Part shown: one piece after another, positions 1 to 11,055 of the stretch
Layout of the letters: each line of letters begins with the position of its first letter
How positions within the stretch are numbered: the first letter of the stretch is position 1
IMG/VR virus record: IMGVR_UViG_2579778634_000021
DNA from: a virus
Taxonomy: Duplodnaviria > Heunggongvirae > Uroviricota > Caudoviricetes
DNA length: 51,177 nt
Strand: one strand, 5' to 3'
Notes under the pieces: generated by a model
What the model saw: only the letters and a program-made list of their open reading frames with translations
Databases searched by the model: none
Told to the model about the DNA's origin: nothing
Position numbers and translations under genes: made by a program

Positions 1-171
1 TCAATAAATCCCATCATTGCGATCAACCTCATCCTTAACCATTGATGCGAGCAGTTCTTCCAGTTTCTGCGCTGATAGCTTTACCTGGTGATCTTCAGCA
101 TCTTCCCGGGCTATTGTGGTTCGCGCAGTGGCTGATTTTGCTGACATCACCATAGGGGGCAGACGGACCAT
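1..171 (-). CDS. hypothetical protein, partial (runs off the left edge of the window)
   Basis: Open frame continuing past position 1 on the minus strand, with candidate starts at 171, 153 or 147. No recognisable family. Confidence 0.2.
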   Translation of the reverse strand: MVRLPPMVMSAKSATARTTIAREDAEDHQVKLSAQKLEELLASMVKDEVDRNDGIY

Positions 172-234
172 TGAACCATGGCCTCCGGAACAAATAAGGG
201 CAAAAATAACAACCACTATCGAAAGCTCACAAAC

Positions 235-450
235 TAACCGCAGCACGTTCCTGCATACGACGTGTCTGCGGCATAATCCCAATGATTACTCCCTGACAGG
301 ATTTGCAGGCCACTCAATATCAGGTGCAGTTGATGTATCAACACGATTCAACAATACCCGATATTTATTCCATGCCTCCAGCAACGATCTTTCTTCCTCC
401 GTTGCGATTTCCAGATCTACAGCATCCTGCAGTGGCGCAATATACTCACT
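235..450. repeat. direct repeat copy A (about 215 bp, tfa 3' end plus downstream hairpin)
   Basis: Roughly 88% identical by eye to 1286..1495. Includes the inverted repeat ccgcagcacg...cgtg.ctgcgg. Confidence 0.7.
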
Positions 451-555
451 GAATTCCTGGATGTAGAACTGTGTGGTGACGGTCTTCCAGCCATTCGGCT
501 CCTGCTGTATCGAAGCATACCAGGCTATTTCAATATCGCTATGCTGCGGCAGCAT
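286..555 (-). CDS. Tfa-like C-terminal domain protein (truncated paralog or remnant)
   Basis: 89-aa ORF whose C-terminal 55 residues ([27 protein letters not shown]) closely match the C-terminus of the full Tfa at 1335..1919. The N-terminal part is unrelated. Confidence 0.5.
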   Translation of the reverse strand: MLPQHSDIEIAWYASIQQEPNGWKTVTTQFYIQEFSEYIAPLQDAVDLEIATEEERSLLEAWNKYRVLLNRVDTSTAPDIEWPANPVRE

Positions 556-611
556 TTAACCCCTTGTAATTCATCGCCATAATTGATTTAATTCACAAAT
601 AAAACTATAAC

Positions 612-1280
612 ATGGTGAAATCAATGAAAAAAAACACAGATGATGGGGCTAAAATTTACACACCACTTACCCTAAAGCTTTATGACTGGTGGGTTTTGGG
701 AGTATCAAATCGGCTTGCATGGGGATGTCCTACAAAGGAACACCTTCTTCCACACTTTCTGGAACATGTAGGTAACAACCATCTGGATATTGGTGTTGGA
801 ACTGGGTTTTACCTTACTCACGTACCTGAGAGTAGTCTGATATCTTTAATGGATTTGAACGAAGCTAGCCTGAACGCGGCATCTACAAGGGCTGGGGAAT
901 CAAAAATTAAACATAAAATTAGCCATGATGTTTTTGAACCTTATCCCGCGGCGTTACATGGTCAATTTGATTCCATTTCCATGTTTTACCTTCTTCACTG
1001 CCTGCCTGGAAATATATCTACAAAAAGCTGTGTAATACGCAATGCGGCGCAGGCCTTAACTGACGATGGAACTCTATACGGAGCCACAATTCTTGGCGAT
1101 GGAGTTGTGCACAATAGCTTCGGTCAAAAACTGATGCGCATTTACAATCAGAAAGGCATCTTTTCAAACACAAAAGATTCCGAAGAAGGCTTAACACATA
1201 TACTCTCAGAGCATTTCGAGAATGTTAAAACCAAGGTTCAAGGTACTGTAGTAATGTTTTCCGCTTCAGGGAAAAAATAG
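612..1280 (+). CDS. class I SAM-dependent methyltransferase (cargo gene)
   Basis: 222-aa ORF with the Rossmann motif I DIGVGTGFY and an acidic post-I motif LMDLNE. AT-rich compared with its flanks and the only plus-strand gene in a minus-strand tail operon. Confidence 0.65.
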   Translation: MVKSMKKNTDDGAKIYTPLTLKLYDWWVLGVSNRLAWGCPTKEHLLPHFLEHVGNNHLDIGVGTGFYLTHVPESSLISLMDLNEASLNAASTRAGESKIKHKISHDVFEPYPAALHGQFDSISMFYLLHCLPGNISTKSCVIRNAAQALTDDGTLYGATILGDGVVHNSFGQKLMRIYNQKGIFSNTKDSEEGLTHILSEHFENVKTKVQGTVVMFSASGKK

Positions 1281-1285
1281 CATCC

Positions 1286-1495
1286 AACCGCAGCACGTTC
1301 TTGCTTAAGACGTGCTGCGGCATAATCCCAATGATTACTCCCTGACAGGGTTCGTAGGCCACTCAATATCAGGTGCAGTTGATGTATCAACACGGTTCAG
1401 CAACACCCGATACTTTTTCCAGGCTTCCAGCAACGAGATTTCTTCCTCTGTTGCAATTTCCAGATCTGCAGCATCCTGAAGCGGCGCAATATGCT
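1286..1495. repeat. direct repeat copy B (tfa 3' end plus terminator hairpin)
   Basis: Partner of 235..450. Contains the 11-bp-stem hairpin ccgcagcacgt/acgtgctgcgg immediately after the tfa stop. Confidence 0.7.
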
Positions 1496-1919
1496 CGCTG
1501 GCTACCTGCATCAGGCTGTTTTTTGTTTCTTCCGCCTCCCGGATCCGGAACAGTTTTTCTGCTTCCGTATCCTTCACCCAGGCTGTGCCGTTCCACTTCT
1601 GAAACTCCCCTTCCGGCGATAACCAGGTAACATTTTCCGGTAACGGACCGAGTTCAGAAATAAATAACTCGTCCCCTGACGCTACGTCATAAACCGTTTT
1701 ACCCCGATGGTCTTCAACGAGATGCCACGATGCCTCATCACTGTTGAAAACAGCCACAAAGCCAGCAGGAATATCTGGTGGTGCAATATCGGTACTGTTT
1801 GCTGGCAGACCTGTATGAGGCGGAATATATGCGTCACCTTCACCAATAAATTCATTAGTTCCGGCCAGCAGATTATAAATTTTTATGGTCCGTGCTTGTT
1901 CACTCATTCTGAATGCCAT
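1335..1919 (-). CDS. tfa: tail fibre assembly protein Tfa
   Basis: 194-aa ORF directly downstream of the side tail fibre gene, with the start overlapping the stf stop. Conserved Tfa C-terminal domain. Confidence 0.85.
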   Translation of the reverse strand: MAFRMSEQARTIKIYNLLAGTNEFIGEGDAYIPPHTGLPANSTDIAPPDIPAGFVAVFNSDEASWHLVEDHRGKTVYDVASGDELFISELGPLPENVTWLSPEGEFQKWNGTAWVKDTEAEKLFRIREAEETKNSLMQVASEHIAPLQDAADLEIATEEEISLLEAWKKYRVLLNRVDTSTAPDIEWPTNPVRE

Positions 1920-4900
1920 TATGCAAGCCTCACAATATAGTTAAATGCGATGTTTTTGACGGTGTTTTCCGCGTTACCCGCAGCGTTAACGGTGATGGTG
2001 TGTCCATGTGAACCAATCGCAACGGAGTGCGTATGCGCACCAATACCTACAGTATGTGCATGTGCGCCAGAACTTGCTGCAGTACCAGACAGCGAGTGGG
2101 TATGAGCACCTGCTGACTGTGTCTGAATACGTTGATAATACGATCTATAGGAAGAAGTCTCCGGCCTTACTTGATACTGTGAATCCTGGACATAAGTGAA
2201 CCCACCGCCATCATAAAATGCTAACGCAGAACCGCCGCCTCCTGGCCAACGAATACCATTACCATGAGTATGATCACCGGCAGACCCCGTAGAGCCACTC
2301 AGACTGTGCGTATGCGCCCCGGTGTTATTCGTGGATTTAGTGCCGTAATCAAACGACGATGTGGTTTTCGTCCCCAAATCCGTACTGGATGCGCTGGCGC
2401 TGTGGGTGTGCGATTTAATGCCGTCCTGTTCCTGAGACAATACGGCTCGATCACTGGCGGGCTTGCCCTTAATCGTCCAGCCACGCATATCAGGAATAAC
2501 GCCTGACGGATAAGCCACTGCAAGTTTCGGGTAAGCAGATTTGTCAAAAGTCTGCCCCTGCATCAGGGCATAACCAGACGGAACGGTATCTGATGGCCAC
2601 GGGATTGGTGCACCGACTGGGTAGCTTTCTGGTGGAAGATTTTTCGAGGTATAAACTTCTGCCCAGTCTTCCTCAAAACCATAACCGTCTCTTGAAGAAC
2701 GGTAGAACAGACCACCATTTCTGTAATGCGCCTTCATCTGCAGGGTCCGGCAACTTCCGACTCCGGTATAGAAGTTAACCAGAATATAGCTGTCGCCAGA
2801 GCGGGTGACATTGTAAGCGCCTGATTCGGCATTCCAGGGAACGGCTCCATCCGAATCCGCATAAGCCCCCGTCGAACGTCGGGCAAATGCACCAATATTT
2901 TCCGGCGTGAGGTTAATATCCGCCGAGCCATCAAACTTAACACCGTTAATTTTTGGGTCTGCCGCAAGTTTCGTCGCGGTATCGGCGTTCCCCTTCAGTG
3001 CCCCGGTGATCCCATCAGTAACAGACAACGGACCTGAAATAGTCCCTCCAGTTGTTGACAGCGCTCCAATATCTGATGGTGTAGGTTTCTGATGTGAGCT
3101 ATACATCGTATAAACAACACCATCGGTAACGCTGGAAGGCTTACTCGCTGAATATGTTAGCGAGGTATAAATAGAAACTGACGCATTTGTAGTACAATCC
3201 CAATGGATATTTACACTCGTCGCATAATTGCCAATCTCAACGTAAATATCATATATATCGCCGGATGTGTTGATCCAGGCGAAATTCGTTAATCCGACGG
3301 CTGTACGCTTCCACAAAGCTCCGGTAATCCCTTTGGGGTTTCCATTGCCTGCTCGTAGAACCAGTTCAGATATACCTGCCTGTTGAGGTGCCCCCACGTT
3401 AAATCCAGCGCCACCAATCAATGCGATGTAAACGATGGAACTCGCTTGTGGCATGGTAACCGTTGCCAGTTTGAACCACCCTGCCCCGCCAGAGAAAGAG
3501 ATCGTTACTGAATTTAAAGTGCCAATATCTTTCGGTGTTAATGTTATATCCGCAGTCAGTGCTTTCCCGTTAACTTTTCGGTTAGATGGTACCCTGCCAT
3601 TCGCATTGTCATTCGCTGCTTTAACTGCCTTCGGTGTCGCGGCAAGCGTTTCAGATGTGCTGTTGGTTGCACTGCTGAGCTGTACTATCCCCTTTTTCGT
3701 CGTGCTCGCATCCTCAAGCGCCACGGCGGATGCAATATCCTCTGCCCGTTTTGCCGCTGTCTCGGCGCGCGTTGCCGCGGATTCCGCCGTACTTTTGCTC
3801 TGAGCTGCCGCCGTCGCACTGCCAGCTGCCTCTGTCGCCTTCGTGGATGCCGTCGTGGCGCTGCCCTTTGCTGCTGACGCCTGTCTGGTCGCCTCATCTT
3901 TTGAAGCAGACGCAGATGATGCCGATGACGCCGCTGAACTGGCTGACGATGCGGCTGCCGCCTTAGAGGAAGCAGCATTGTCTGCTGAAGTCTTTGCATT
4001 TGTTTCAGAGGTTTTTGCTGCAGAAGCAGACCTCGCTGCTGCAGTGGCTTGCTCAGTGGCTTTGCCAGCCTTCGTTGTGGCTGTTGAAGCGGATGATGCG
4101 GCGCTTTCTGCCGATTTTCCGGCGGCGGTGGCACTGGCTGAGGCCTGCCCGGCACTTGTTGACGCGGCACTGGCAGATAATGCAGCCGCTGTTTTTGAAC
4201 CTGCCGCAGTTGAGGCGCTCTGTCCCGCTGCTGTTTCAGAAGACTTAGCGTTCGTCTCGGACGTTTTTGCCGCCTTCGCGGAATTTCCTGCCGCCGTTGC
4301 CGAGGAAGCTGCACTACTGGCACTTGATGATGCATTCGTTTCTGAAGATTTCGCTGCCTCTTTTGAGGCCGCCGCACCCCGTGCCGAGGTGGCAGCTTCT
4401 GACGCCTTCGTGGTCGCTGTGGATGCAGAAGTGGCTGCCGATTTTTGTGATGCTGCGGCATTCGTTTCTGACGTTTTCGCGGCACTGGCGCTGGTAGCTG
4501 CCGCGCTTTTTGATGACTCTGCAGCAGCAGCACTTTTTGATGCCTCAGAGGCTTTTGCTGATGCCGTTCCTGCGCTGGAAAAAGCCTCCTGAGCCGACGT
4601 CGCGGCCTGTCCGGCTGACGTGCTGGCTGCACGTGCTGAGCCTGCAGCATCAGTCGCATGGGTTGCCGCCTCACGGGCTGATGTGCTGGCATCGCCGGCT
4701 GACTTCTTCGCGGCTGCCGTGTTCTGTGCCACTGCGGACGCGTTACGCGCCACCTCTTCCACCATCTGCTCAAAGCGGCGCAGTGCCTCCGGTCGGACAT
4801 CATCCTCCGTCATGGCACCGAGAAAATCATTCAGCGTACCTGGTCTGGAACCTTCATAGACGGTAATGGTCCCGGCATGTGAAGGCGGAAAACCTTCAAC

Positions 4901-5089
4901 CAGCAGGGTGACGCTGTACTGACCATGCTCAACATCCATGCTGTAACGTCCGGCTTCATCCGGATTTTCAGAGGCCACCGTGTTCACCACCACCGTGCTG
5001 CTGGTTCGTCTGGCCTTCAGCACAATGGTGCAGTTCTGTACTGGTTTTCCTGTGCCATCTTTAAGCACGCCAGAAATTTTTACTGTCAT
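1919..5089 (-). CDS. stf: side tail fibre protein Stf
   Basis: 1056-aa ORF with a lambda Stf-like N-terminus ([17 protein letters not shown]...), a long Ala/Ser/Thr-rich low-complexity shaft, and a C-terminal region with repeated GAHTHS/HxH motifs. Confidence 0.9.
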   Translation of the reverse strand: MTVKISGVLKDGTGKPVQNCTIVLKARRTSSTVVVNTVASENPDEAGRYSMDVEHGQYSVTLLVEGFPPSHAGTITVYEGSRPGTLNDFLGAMTEDDVRPEALRRFEQMVEEVARNASAVAQNTAAAKKSAGDASTSAREAATHATDAAGSARAASTSAGQAATSAQEAFSSAGTASAKASEASKSAAAAESSKSAAATSASAAKTSETNAAASQKSAATSASTATTKASEAATSARGAAASKEAAKSSETNASSSASSAASSATAAGNSAKAAKTSETNAKSSETAAGQSASTAAGSKTAAALSASAASTSAGQASASATAAGKSAESAASSASTATTKAGKATEQATAAARSASAAKTSETNAKTSADNAASSKAAAASSASSAASSASSASASKDEATRQASAAKGSATTASTKATEAAGSATAAAQSKSTAESAATRAETAAKRAEDIASAVALEDASTTKKGIVQLSSATNSTSETLAATPKAVKAANDNANGRVPSNRKVNGKALTADITLTPKDIGTLNSVTISFSGGAGWFKLATVTMPQASSIVYIALIGGAGFNVGAPQQAGISELVLRAGNGNPKGITGALWKRTAVGLTNFAWINTSGDIYDIYVEIGNYATSVNIHWDCTTNASVSIYTSLTYSASKPSSVTDGVVYTMYSSHQKPTPSDIGALSTTGGTISGPLSVTDGITGALKGNADTATKLAADPKINGVKFDGSADINLTPENIGAFARRSTGAYADSDGAVPWNAESGAYNVTRSGDSYILVNFYTGVGSCRTLQMKAHYRNGGLFYRSSRDGYGFEEDWAEVYTSKNLPPESYPVGAPIPWPSDTVPSGYALMQGQTFDKSAYPKLAVAYPSGVIPDMRGWTIKGKPASDRAVLSQEQDGIKSHTHSASASSTDLGTKTTSSFDYGTKSTNNTGAHTHSLSGSTGSAGDHTHGNGIRWPGGGGSALAFYDGGGFTYVQDSQYQVRPETSSYRSYYQRIQTQSAGAHTHSLSGTAASSGAHAHTVGIGAHTHSVAIGSHGHTITVNAAGNAENTVKNIAFNYIVRLA

Positions 5090-5102
5090 ACTTTTCCACC
5101 AA

Positions 5103-5134
5103 TAAAAAAAGCCCGCAGCAGTGACGCCACGGGC
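5103..5134 (-). terminator. rho-independent terminator after lom
   Basis: GC stem gcccg...cgggc followed by a 7-nt U tract on the minus strand. Confidence 0.45.
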
Positions 5135-5240
5135 TTCAGGACAGTGTAACTTTACGTTTCCTCAAACGCAGTTCACCCCATAAGGTGGATGAACCTGCGT
5201 ATCATAACAATATTTACAGAAGATAAATCGGCGTCTGTTG

Positions 5241-5840
5241 TCAGAAACGGTATCCGATACCAACAATAAATGCATCCGTTCGCCAGTCGCCACTACCGGA
5301 ACCTTCATAAGCAAGGTCAATGGTCACGGATTCGGTCGGGTTAAACTGCACGCCAGCCCCCCACGCCAGAGACGTGTTGCTGTGGCGACCGTCATCACTT
5401 CCGGTCAGCACATCGTGCGTTTTCCCCTTGTTGTCAGTTACGCGGAGATAATCCCCGGAGAAAGTCGACACACGGCTGTAAGCCACACCCGCCATCGCAT
5501 ACGCGCTGAACCATTCATTCACGCGTACAGACGGCCCCGCCATCACGCTGAACCAGCGGTTACGCACGGAATCTTCATGCCAGCGGGTATCGCTGTAGCG
5601 CGTTTTTTGCTCATCCTCAGCATTGGCATAACTGAAGGACGTAATCAGCCCCAGCGCGTCCGTAAACTCATAACGGTATTTCACGTTAATCCCGTTCAGA
5701 TCATCACTACCGGGAACGTTCGTCGAGGCATGGAGATACCCCGCGCTCAGCGTGGACTGATGTTCTGCTGCACTCGCTGGCGTAGCAGCGGCGACCTGCC
5801 AGACTACTGCGGACAAAATAACAGCACATAATTTACGCAT
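5241..5840 (-). CDS. lom: Lom/Ail family outer membrane protein
   Basis: 199-aa ORF with a signal peptide and a beta-barrel ending in the aromatic residues GIGYRF. Sits between J and stf as in lambda. Confidence 0.9.
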   Translation of the reverse strand: MRKLCAVILSAVVWQVAAATPASAAEHQSTLSAGYLHASTNVPGSDDLNGINVKYRYEFTDALGLITSFSYANAEDEQKTRYSDTRWHEDSVRNRWFSVMAGPSVRVNEWFSAYAMAGVAYSRVSTFSGDYLRVTDNKGKTHDVLTGSDDGRHSNTSLAWGAGVQFNPTESVTIDLAYEGSGSGDWRTDAFIVGIGYRF

Positions 5841-5864
5841 AATTACCTCTCGCTTTTCTGCAAT

Positions 5865-5888
5865 AAAAAAGGCGCCATTTCTGGCGCC
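5865..5888 (-). terminator. rho-independent terminator after J
   Basis: Hairpin ggcgcc-agaaat-ggcgcc followed by a U tract on the minus strand. Confidence 0.5.
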
Positions 5889-5907
5889 CGTATCTGGGTT
5901 ATAAAAT

Positions 5908-8900
5908 TCAGCTAATCGTGATGCCTGCAGTGGCTTTCTTCATCACCACAACCAGCAAATCGCTGATACTTGCTGTGGGATACCAGTTATTTACCAGCCA
6001 TGCTGACACCGAAAACTCCAGTGTCATGTGACCGTGACCGGCAGGCATATCAATAACACCACTGTAAATCAGCGTATTATCCAGCGCGGTACGGTTATAA
6101 ATTTCAGCACCGTTTTTCCGCACTATCAGACGGCATGAGGAGTAAATATCAGTATGCTCTTTCTCATGTTTAGCGCCGCTGAATGCCACCGCCGGAATAA
6201 CAATCTGCCGGTCAAACGGCTGATCGTCATAAACCCTGACGGTAATGGTTCCTGATGGCCACCGCTCCGGTGCACGGGAGTCCCGGGGGAAAGCTTTGCC
6301 CACTGTTTTAACGAGATCGCCTTCAATCTGGTTCGCGGACAATTTTCCCAGAACCCGACAGTTCTCGTTAATCGTGACGTTGTTGAGCGTCCCGGAGTTC
6401 GCATTCACGTTACCGCTGATATCGGCATTTTTCGCCGTCAGCCGCCCGTCCGGTGTCAGGGAAAATGCCGGAGGATTACCGCCGCTGGTAATGGTGGGAG
6501 CCGTCAGATATTTCAGGAACACTTCATTCATAAATATCTGATCGCCCTGACCAACAAACATCGGCTTTGTGTTGCCATTCGCAGGATTAATCATCGCAAT
6601 CCTGTCTGCCGCCAGCAGCACCTGACTCTGCATTCCTGCTGGCGTATTCTCAATACCGGCACCGATACCCGCAATATAAAGGCGTCCGTCCTGCATCTGC
6701 TGCAGTTTCACGGCCCACATGCTGTTCAGGTTATTATTTGTATCAACCTGAACTTTCTGTATCTGCTGGATTGCCGCACTCTGATTTTCCAGTTTTTTAT
6801 TGACGGTCTGCGTGATTTCATTGCTGACATTCGTAATGGACGTCCTGATTTCAGCCAGGTCCGGCGCAAGCTGACCGTTATCAATCTGCGTCCACAGCTC
6901 CTGGGCCAGATGTGTTTTCCCGATTTCTCCTTTGAAAAAATCCAGGTAACCTTCCGCATCATCGCTCGCCCGACCGACAGCCTCCACGAATGCCGATTTG
7001 CCAACAGTATTCACACTGCGGATATAAAAATAATAATCATGGCCCGGTTTGATATTGATACTGGCAGCTATCCAGTACAGCGCCGAGCCAAGATAGCGGG
7101 CTGCGGTTTCAACCTGCCTGATATCCGCAATCCGCTTTTCCGAGAACCAGAACTCAAACTGTACCGTCGGGTCATAAACGGCAAGATGTGGCGTTGCGGT
7201 TATCTGAAAATAGCCCGGCGTCAGCTCAATCCGCGACGGTGCTGCCGGTGCGGCAATCCGGAAGGTGGTGGTGGCAGGTTCACCCTGCTGGCCATAGCTG
7301 TTTATCGCCCGCACCGTCAGGGTGTATTCCCCGAGCGGCAGGCCGCTGAAACGGTGCTCCGTGTCTGCGGTGATGGCGGTGGTCACCAGTCTGGCATCCG
7401 TTCCCTTACCACTGGTCAGGCGCAGACTGAAGCGCACACCCTTCACCACCCGCGGCGTGTCCCATTTCGCCTGCGCCAGATACTGGCCGTCAGCTGCGCT
7501 CACCTCCACCGTCAGGTGCTGCACTGCCGGTGGGATGACGCTGTTCAGGGAACCTGACTGCGGCTCAAAGCGGGCACCGTTATCCACGATGGCTTCTTTT
7601 TCCGGTACGTGCTGCACCGCCGTGATGGCAAAGGTGCCGTCCGTGTTTTCCCGGATGGAGACACAGCGGAACAGGCGACGGCGCAGTGACGGCAGGGAGA
7701 GTCCCCACACCCCGTATGTCTCCACACCATCAGGCAGGGTACTGACCTGTATCCGGTCCGGCGCGGGGTGTGCGGTGATGTCCACACTCACCGGCTTACC
7801 GCTGCCGTTAATCAGGTTCACCGTCGATGCACCTGTCCCCGGAAGTGTCACTTCACGGTCCAGCGTCAGGGTGCGGGTGGCAGCATCAATGGACAGGACA
7901 CGTCCGCCGGTCAGGGTCCCGGCATAGTCGTTATCACAGATTTCAATGATGTCACCGGGTGTGTGCCGCAGCCCCTGAGACCCGAGTGTGAAATCCACCG
8001 TCTGCGTTTCCAGCAGTTCGGTCTTTATCACCCACAGTCCGGCACGGTGGGCCTGACCGCGGCTGGTACAGCCGAACGCGTCCATCTTCAGCAGGTTGCG
8101 TCCGTAGCGCAGTATGGCTTCCGGGTCTTCCACCAGTTCCGTGGAGGTCTGCCAGCCGTTCTGCGGGTCGGTGTAATTCACCTCCACCGCCGTGTGCCGG
8201 TCCTTCAGGGCACTGAAGCTGTAGCGGAACCCCACGCCGTTATCATCCACCACCACATCGCTGTTCGTGTACGGCCACACCACATCCGACGGGCGGTCCT
8301 GAACGAACGTCAGCGTCTGGCCGTTCCATACCGGCATACAGCGCATCGCCGAGCAGAAATCACTGAGAACGTCCCACGCCTTACGCTGTTGTGCCAGGTA
8401 CGCATTAAAGGTCATCCGCGGCTCGGTCCCCCCGAAACCATCCGGGACCGTCTGGTCGCAGTACTGCCCGATGGCATACAGCGCCCACTTGTCCACATCC
8501 GCCGCCCCCAGACGTTTTCCCATGCCGTAGCGCGGGTGAGTCAGCATGTCCCACAGGCACCAGGCCGGGTTGTTGCTGTATGCCGGTTTCAGACTGCCGT
8601 CCCAGATACCACTGTACGTGCGTTTTTCCGGGTCATAGTTTGACGGCACCTGGATGATGCGACCGCGGATATGGTAGTTCACCGTCATCTGCTGGCCGCC
8701 GAACTGCTCCGCATCCACCTGCAGCCCCACAATGGCCGTGTTCGGGTAGCACTGTTTCACATCGATGATTTCGGTGTATGACGACCACAGCGTCTTATTC
8801 TGCAGCTGGTCCGTGGTGCTGTCCGCCGTCTCCCTGACCATCCGGATGTTAAAGGGCCGGGGAGGCAGATTATCCAGAATCACCGAGGCCAGGAACTGTG

Positions 8901-9381
8901 AGGTGGTCTTGCCGTTAATGGTGACGTCCTTTTCCGTCACCCAGCGGCCATTACGCTGTAACTGAATCAGAATCCGGACAGAGGAAGGATTACGGTCGCC
9001 CTTTGACGTGGTCTGCACCAGTGACTGCACCCCGAAGGTAACCCGCAGGCGGTCAATGTTCGCGGACGTAATGGTACGCGTCACCGGTTTTGCCTTCGTC
9101 ACTTCCACGCCTGGTCCGGTTTCAGCTCCGGAGGACTCAAAGCCTTCCGGTGGTGTCTGCTCCTGCTCCCCGGCGCGCCAGACCGCCGTCACACCGTGTA
9201 TCACGGGATTGCCGTCCGTGTCCGTCAGTGGGGTTTTGTTCACCAGAATACTCTGCAGTCCCTTCACCGGACCTTCTATCGGTCCCTCACCAATCGCATC
9301 AATCACACTCATCATCTGCGTGGATTTGAGATTATCCTTCGCCTCACGAGGCGTGTGTGCCTTACCGCCACCTTTTCCCAT
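5908..9381 (-). CDS. J: host specificity / central tail fibre protein J
   Basis: 1157-aa ORF. N-terminus and overall length match lambda J. Confidence 0.95.
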   Translation of the reverse strand: MGKGGGKAHTPREAKDNLKSTQMMSVIDAIGEGPIEGPVKGLQSILVNKTPLTDTDGNPVIHGVTAVWRAGEQEQTPPEGFESSGAETGPGVEVTKAKPVTRTITSANIDRLRVTFGVQSLVQTTSKGDRNPSSVRILIQLQRNGRWVTEKDVTINGKTTSQFLASVILDNLPPRPFNIRMVRETADSTTDQLQNKTLWSSYTEIIDVKQCYPNTAIVGLQVDAEQFGGQQMTVNYHIRGRIIQVPSNYDPEKRTYSGIWDGSLKPAYSNNPAWCLWDMLTHPRYGMGKRLGAADVDKWALYAIGQYCDQTVPDGFGGTEPRMTFNAYLAQQRKAWDVLSDFCSAMRCMPVWNGQTLTFVQDRPSDVVWPYTNSDVVVDDNGVGFRYSFSALKDRHTAVEVNYTDPQNGWQTSTELVEDPEAILRYGRNLLKMDAFGCTSRGQAHRAGLWVIKTELLETQTVDFTLGSQGLRHTPGDIIEICDNDYAGTLTGGRVLSIDAATRTLTLDREVTLPGTGASTVNLINGSGKPVSVDITAHPAPDRIQVSTLPDGVETYGVWGLSLPSLRRRLFRCVSIRENTDGTFAITAVQHVPEKEAIVDNGARFEPQSGSLNSVIPPAVQHLTVEVSAADGQYLAQAKWDTPRVVKGVRFSLRLTSGKGTDARLVTTAITADTEHRFSGLPLGEYTLTVRAINSYGQQGEPATTTFRIAAPAAPSRIELTPGYFQITATPHLAVYDPTVQFEFWFSEKRIADIRQVETAARYLGSALYWIAASINIKPGHDYYFYIRSVNTVGKSAFVEAVGRASDDAEGYLDFFKGEIGKTHLAQELWTQIDNGQLAPDLAEIRTSITNVSNEITQTVNKKLENQSAAIQQIQKVQVDTNNNLNSMWAVKLQQMQDGRLYIAGIGAGIENTPAGMQSQVLLAADRIAMINPANGNTKPMFVGQGDQIFMNEVFLKYLTAPTITSGGNPPAFSLTPDGRLTAKNADISGNVNANSGTLNNVTINENCRVLGKLSANQIEGDLVKTVGKAFPRDSRAPERWPSGTITVRVYDDQPFDRQIVIPAVAFSGAKHEKEHTDIYSSCRLIVRKNGAEIYNRTALDNTLIYSGVIDMPAGHGHMTLEFSVSAWLVNNWYPTASISDLLVVVMKKATAGITIS

Positions 9382-9487
9382 ACAGCCTTCCCCTGAATAA
9401 ATTAACCGCCACTTGCCATTCCGTACAGAAGTCGGATATCCTTCGCCCGAAAAGCATGAAACACATTTCTGCCATGCTAAAGAGAAA

Positions 9488-9520
9488 CCCCGGTATCAGC
9501 AGATACCGGGGTTTTCTTTC
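9488..9520. terminator. intrinsic-terminator-like hairpin (possibly bidirectional) in the I-J gap
   Basis: 10-bp stem ccccggtatc/gataccgggg with a 4-nt loop, followed by ttttctttc on the plus strand and a U-rich run on the minus strand. Confidence 0.4.
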
Positions 9521-9586
9521 ATGCCCACCGATAATCCTGTTGGTTAAAACCGGTAATGGCATAAAAATTCTGAATATCTTCACATT

Positions 9587-9614
9587 TTCACACACTGACT
9601 GTGGCGCTTATAAT
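9587..9614 (+). promoter_or_regulatory. candidate sigma70 promoter (TTCACA, 16-nt spacer, TATAAT)
   Basis: Perfect -10 hexamer and a 4/6 -35 match with 16-nt spacing, on the plus strand, antisense to the tail operon. Confidence 0.3.
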
Positions 9615-9693
9615 TTCGCTGCGTTAGTGTTTTTTTGCCCGAGTAACAAAAACAACTCCTTAACATTGATCTTCATTTGTCTGTCCCCACAGC

Positions 9694-9719
9694 TCCGCGA
9701 TCACTGCGGGATTTTTTTA
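9694..9719 (+). terminator. weak intrinsic terminator (plus strand)
   Basis: Stem ccgcg/tgcgg followed by a T7 run. Confidence 0.35.
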
Positions 9720-9723
9720 TGTT

Positions 9724-10404
9724 TTATCCCTGTCGCCCGATAACCACGACCGTTCCGCCCCCGCCTTCATCACGGGTGCTGATGTCCTGGGATATACGGC
9801 GGGAGCCAACCAGCATTTCCCCGTAAGGCACCGGCATCGGGTTCCCCTGGGCAATCATGTTATCCAGCGAGGAAAAGTACGTGTTCTGTTTACCGTTATC
9901 CGTGCTTTTGTACTCCGGTGTTTTTGCCTTCGGGGCCAGCATCTGGGCCACACCGCCCAGTATCATGCTGGCCCCCAGTGAAAACAGCATCGTGGTGGCA
10001 GAAAAACCGCCGGCTGCCAGGGCTGTACCCCATAACGCCATCGAGCCTCCGGCAGTGAAGAAAGAGCCCACGATGGCTGCCGCCCCCAGCACAATCTGCA
10101 GTCCACCCTTTCCGGCCCCGGCCAGTCGCGGCACAATGTGGATGACCGTTCCCTCACCCAGCTGTTCGTGAAGACGGGCGTACACCGCCTCCGGTGCCGT
10201 GTCATCACCGGCAATACGTATCTGGTACCAGCCTTCGTTCATCTGACGGCGAAAGCCCGGCATCTGCATCGACAGGGCGCGGATGGCTTCCGCTGCCGTG
10301 TTCACATACAGGCTGAGGCGGCGGCCAAATCGTTGCAAATCCCCGTGAAGGCAGATGCGTGCCAGTGGCGGTGACGCCAGACAGAATGCGTTCGTCGTTG
10401 CCAT
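9724..10404 (-). CDS. I: tail assembly protein I
   Basis: 226-aa ORF with a lambda I-like N-terminus (MATTNAFCLASPPLARICLHGDLQRF). Located between K and J. Confidence 0.9.
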   Translation of the reverse strand: MATTNAFCLASPPLARICLHGDLQRFGRRLSLYVNTAAEAIRALSMQMPGFRRQMNEGWYQIRIAGDDTAPEAVYARLHEQLGEGTVIHIVPRLAGAGKGGLQIVLGAAAIVGSFFTAGGSMALWGTALAAGGFSATTMLFSLGASMILGGVAQMLAPKAKTPEYKSTDNGKQNTYFSSLDNMIAQGNPMPVPYGEMLVGSRRISQDISTRDEGGGGTVVVIGRQG

Positions 10405-11045
10405 TTTTCGGAATACCTCTCCCGTTTACTCAGTTGTTCAGGCAGATGGTGAAGCAGCTCACCGTTGCCGCAGTAAATGGCGGCATGGTTCGGTACCGAA
10501 GCACCAAAGCAGCACAGCAGAATATCGCCCGCCTGTGCAGAGGACAGGGGCACCCGGTAAAAGCCCGTTCCCTCCATATTGTCCAGGTACAGGTTCTGGC
10601 CGTTGCGCCACCAGTCATCCTCGCGATGAAAATCCGGCATTTCAGTCCCCGCCAGATGATAAGCATCCCGGAACAGCGTGTAACAGTCCGTCACCCCGTG
10701 CTCAAAGCGCCGTCCTGTCAGATGTGGCACACAGCGGAATTTGTGAATGTCACCCCGGCAGACCAGCCACCAGGGCAGTGCGCTTTTTATCTGCAGCCGC
10801 CGGTCAGCCTCGCTCAGCCAGGGCAGCCCACCGGGATGACTGTGGACCAGTGCCACAATCTCCCCCTGCATCTCTGCCCGCAGCCAGTCTTCCGGTGCGA
10901 TACGAAAATACGCCTCCGGCTCTGCGGAAATATTCACACAAGGGATATACCGCTCCTCCTCCGGCGTGCTTATCACGAAGCCGCACGACTCCGCAGGCGC
11001 ACACCGCCGGGCATGTGCCAGAATCGCTGATTCAGTCTGTGTCAT
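10302..11045 (-). CDS. K: tail assembly protein K (NlpC/P60-MPN type)
   Basis: Start taken at the internal Met (MTQTESAILAHARRCAPAESCGFV), which matches lambda K. Its 3' end overlaps the I start. Confidence 0.9.
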   Translation of the reverse strand: MTQTESAILAHARRCAPAESCGFVISTPEEERYIPCVNISAEPEAYFRIAPEDWLRAEMQGEIVALVHSHPGGLPWLSEADRRLQIKSALPWWLVCRGDIHKFRCVPHLTGRRFEHGVTDCYTLFRDAYHLAGTEMPDFHREDDWWRNGQNLYLDNMEGTGFYRVPLSSAQAGDILLCCFGASVPNHAAIYCGNGELLHHLPEQLSKRERYSEKWQRRTHSVWRHRHWHASAFTGICNDLAAASACM

Positions 11046-11055
11046 AAACCGGGAT

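Noticed and set aside
231-1919. Invertible tail-fibre segment of the Gin/Pin/Cin type
   Set aside because: The tfa-derived repeats are direct, not inverted, and no serine invertase gene is present in the window.
3685-4803. 372-aa Arg/Pro/Gln-rich ORF on the minus strand, plus several plus-strand ORFs between 3435 and 4866
   Set aside because: They are alternate or antisense frames across the Ala/Ser-rich low-complexity shaft of stf. Their composition is an artefact of the repetitive GC-rich codons and they have no start or ribosome-binding-site context.
6910-8643. Plus-strand ORFs of 200 to 290 aa inside J
   Set aside because: They are antisense to the lambda J homolog and Arg/His-rich, typical of spurious reverse frames.
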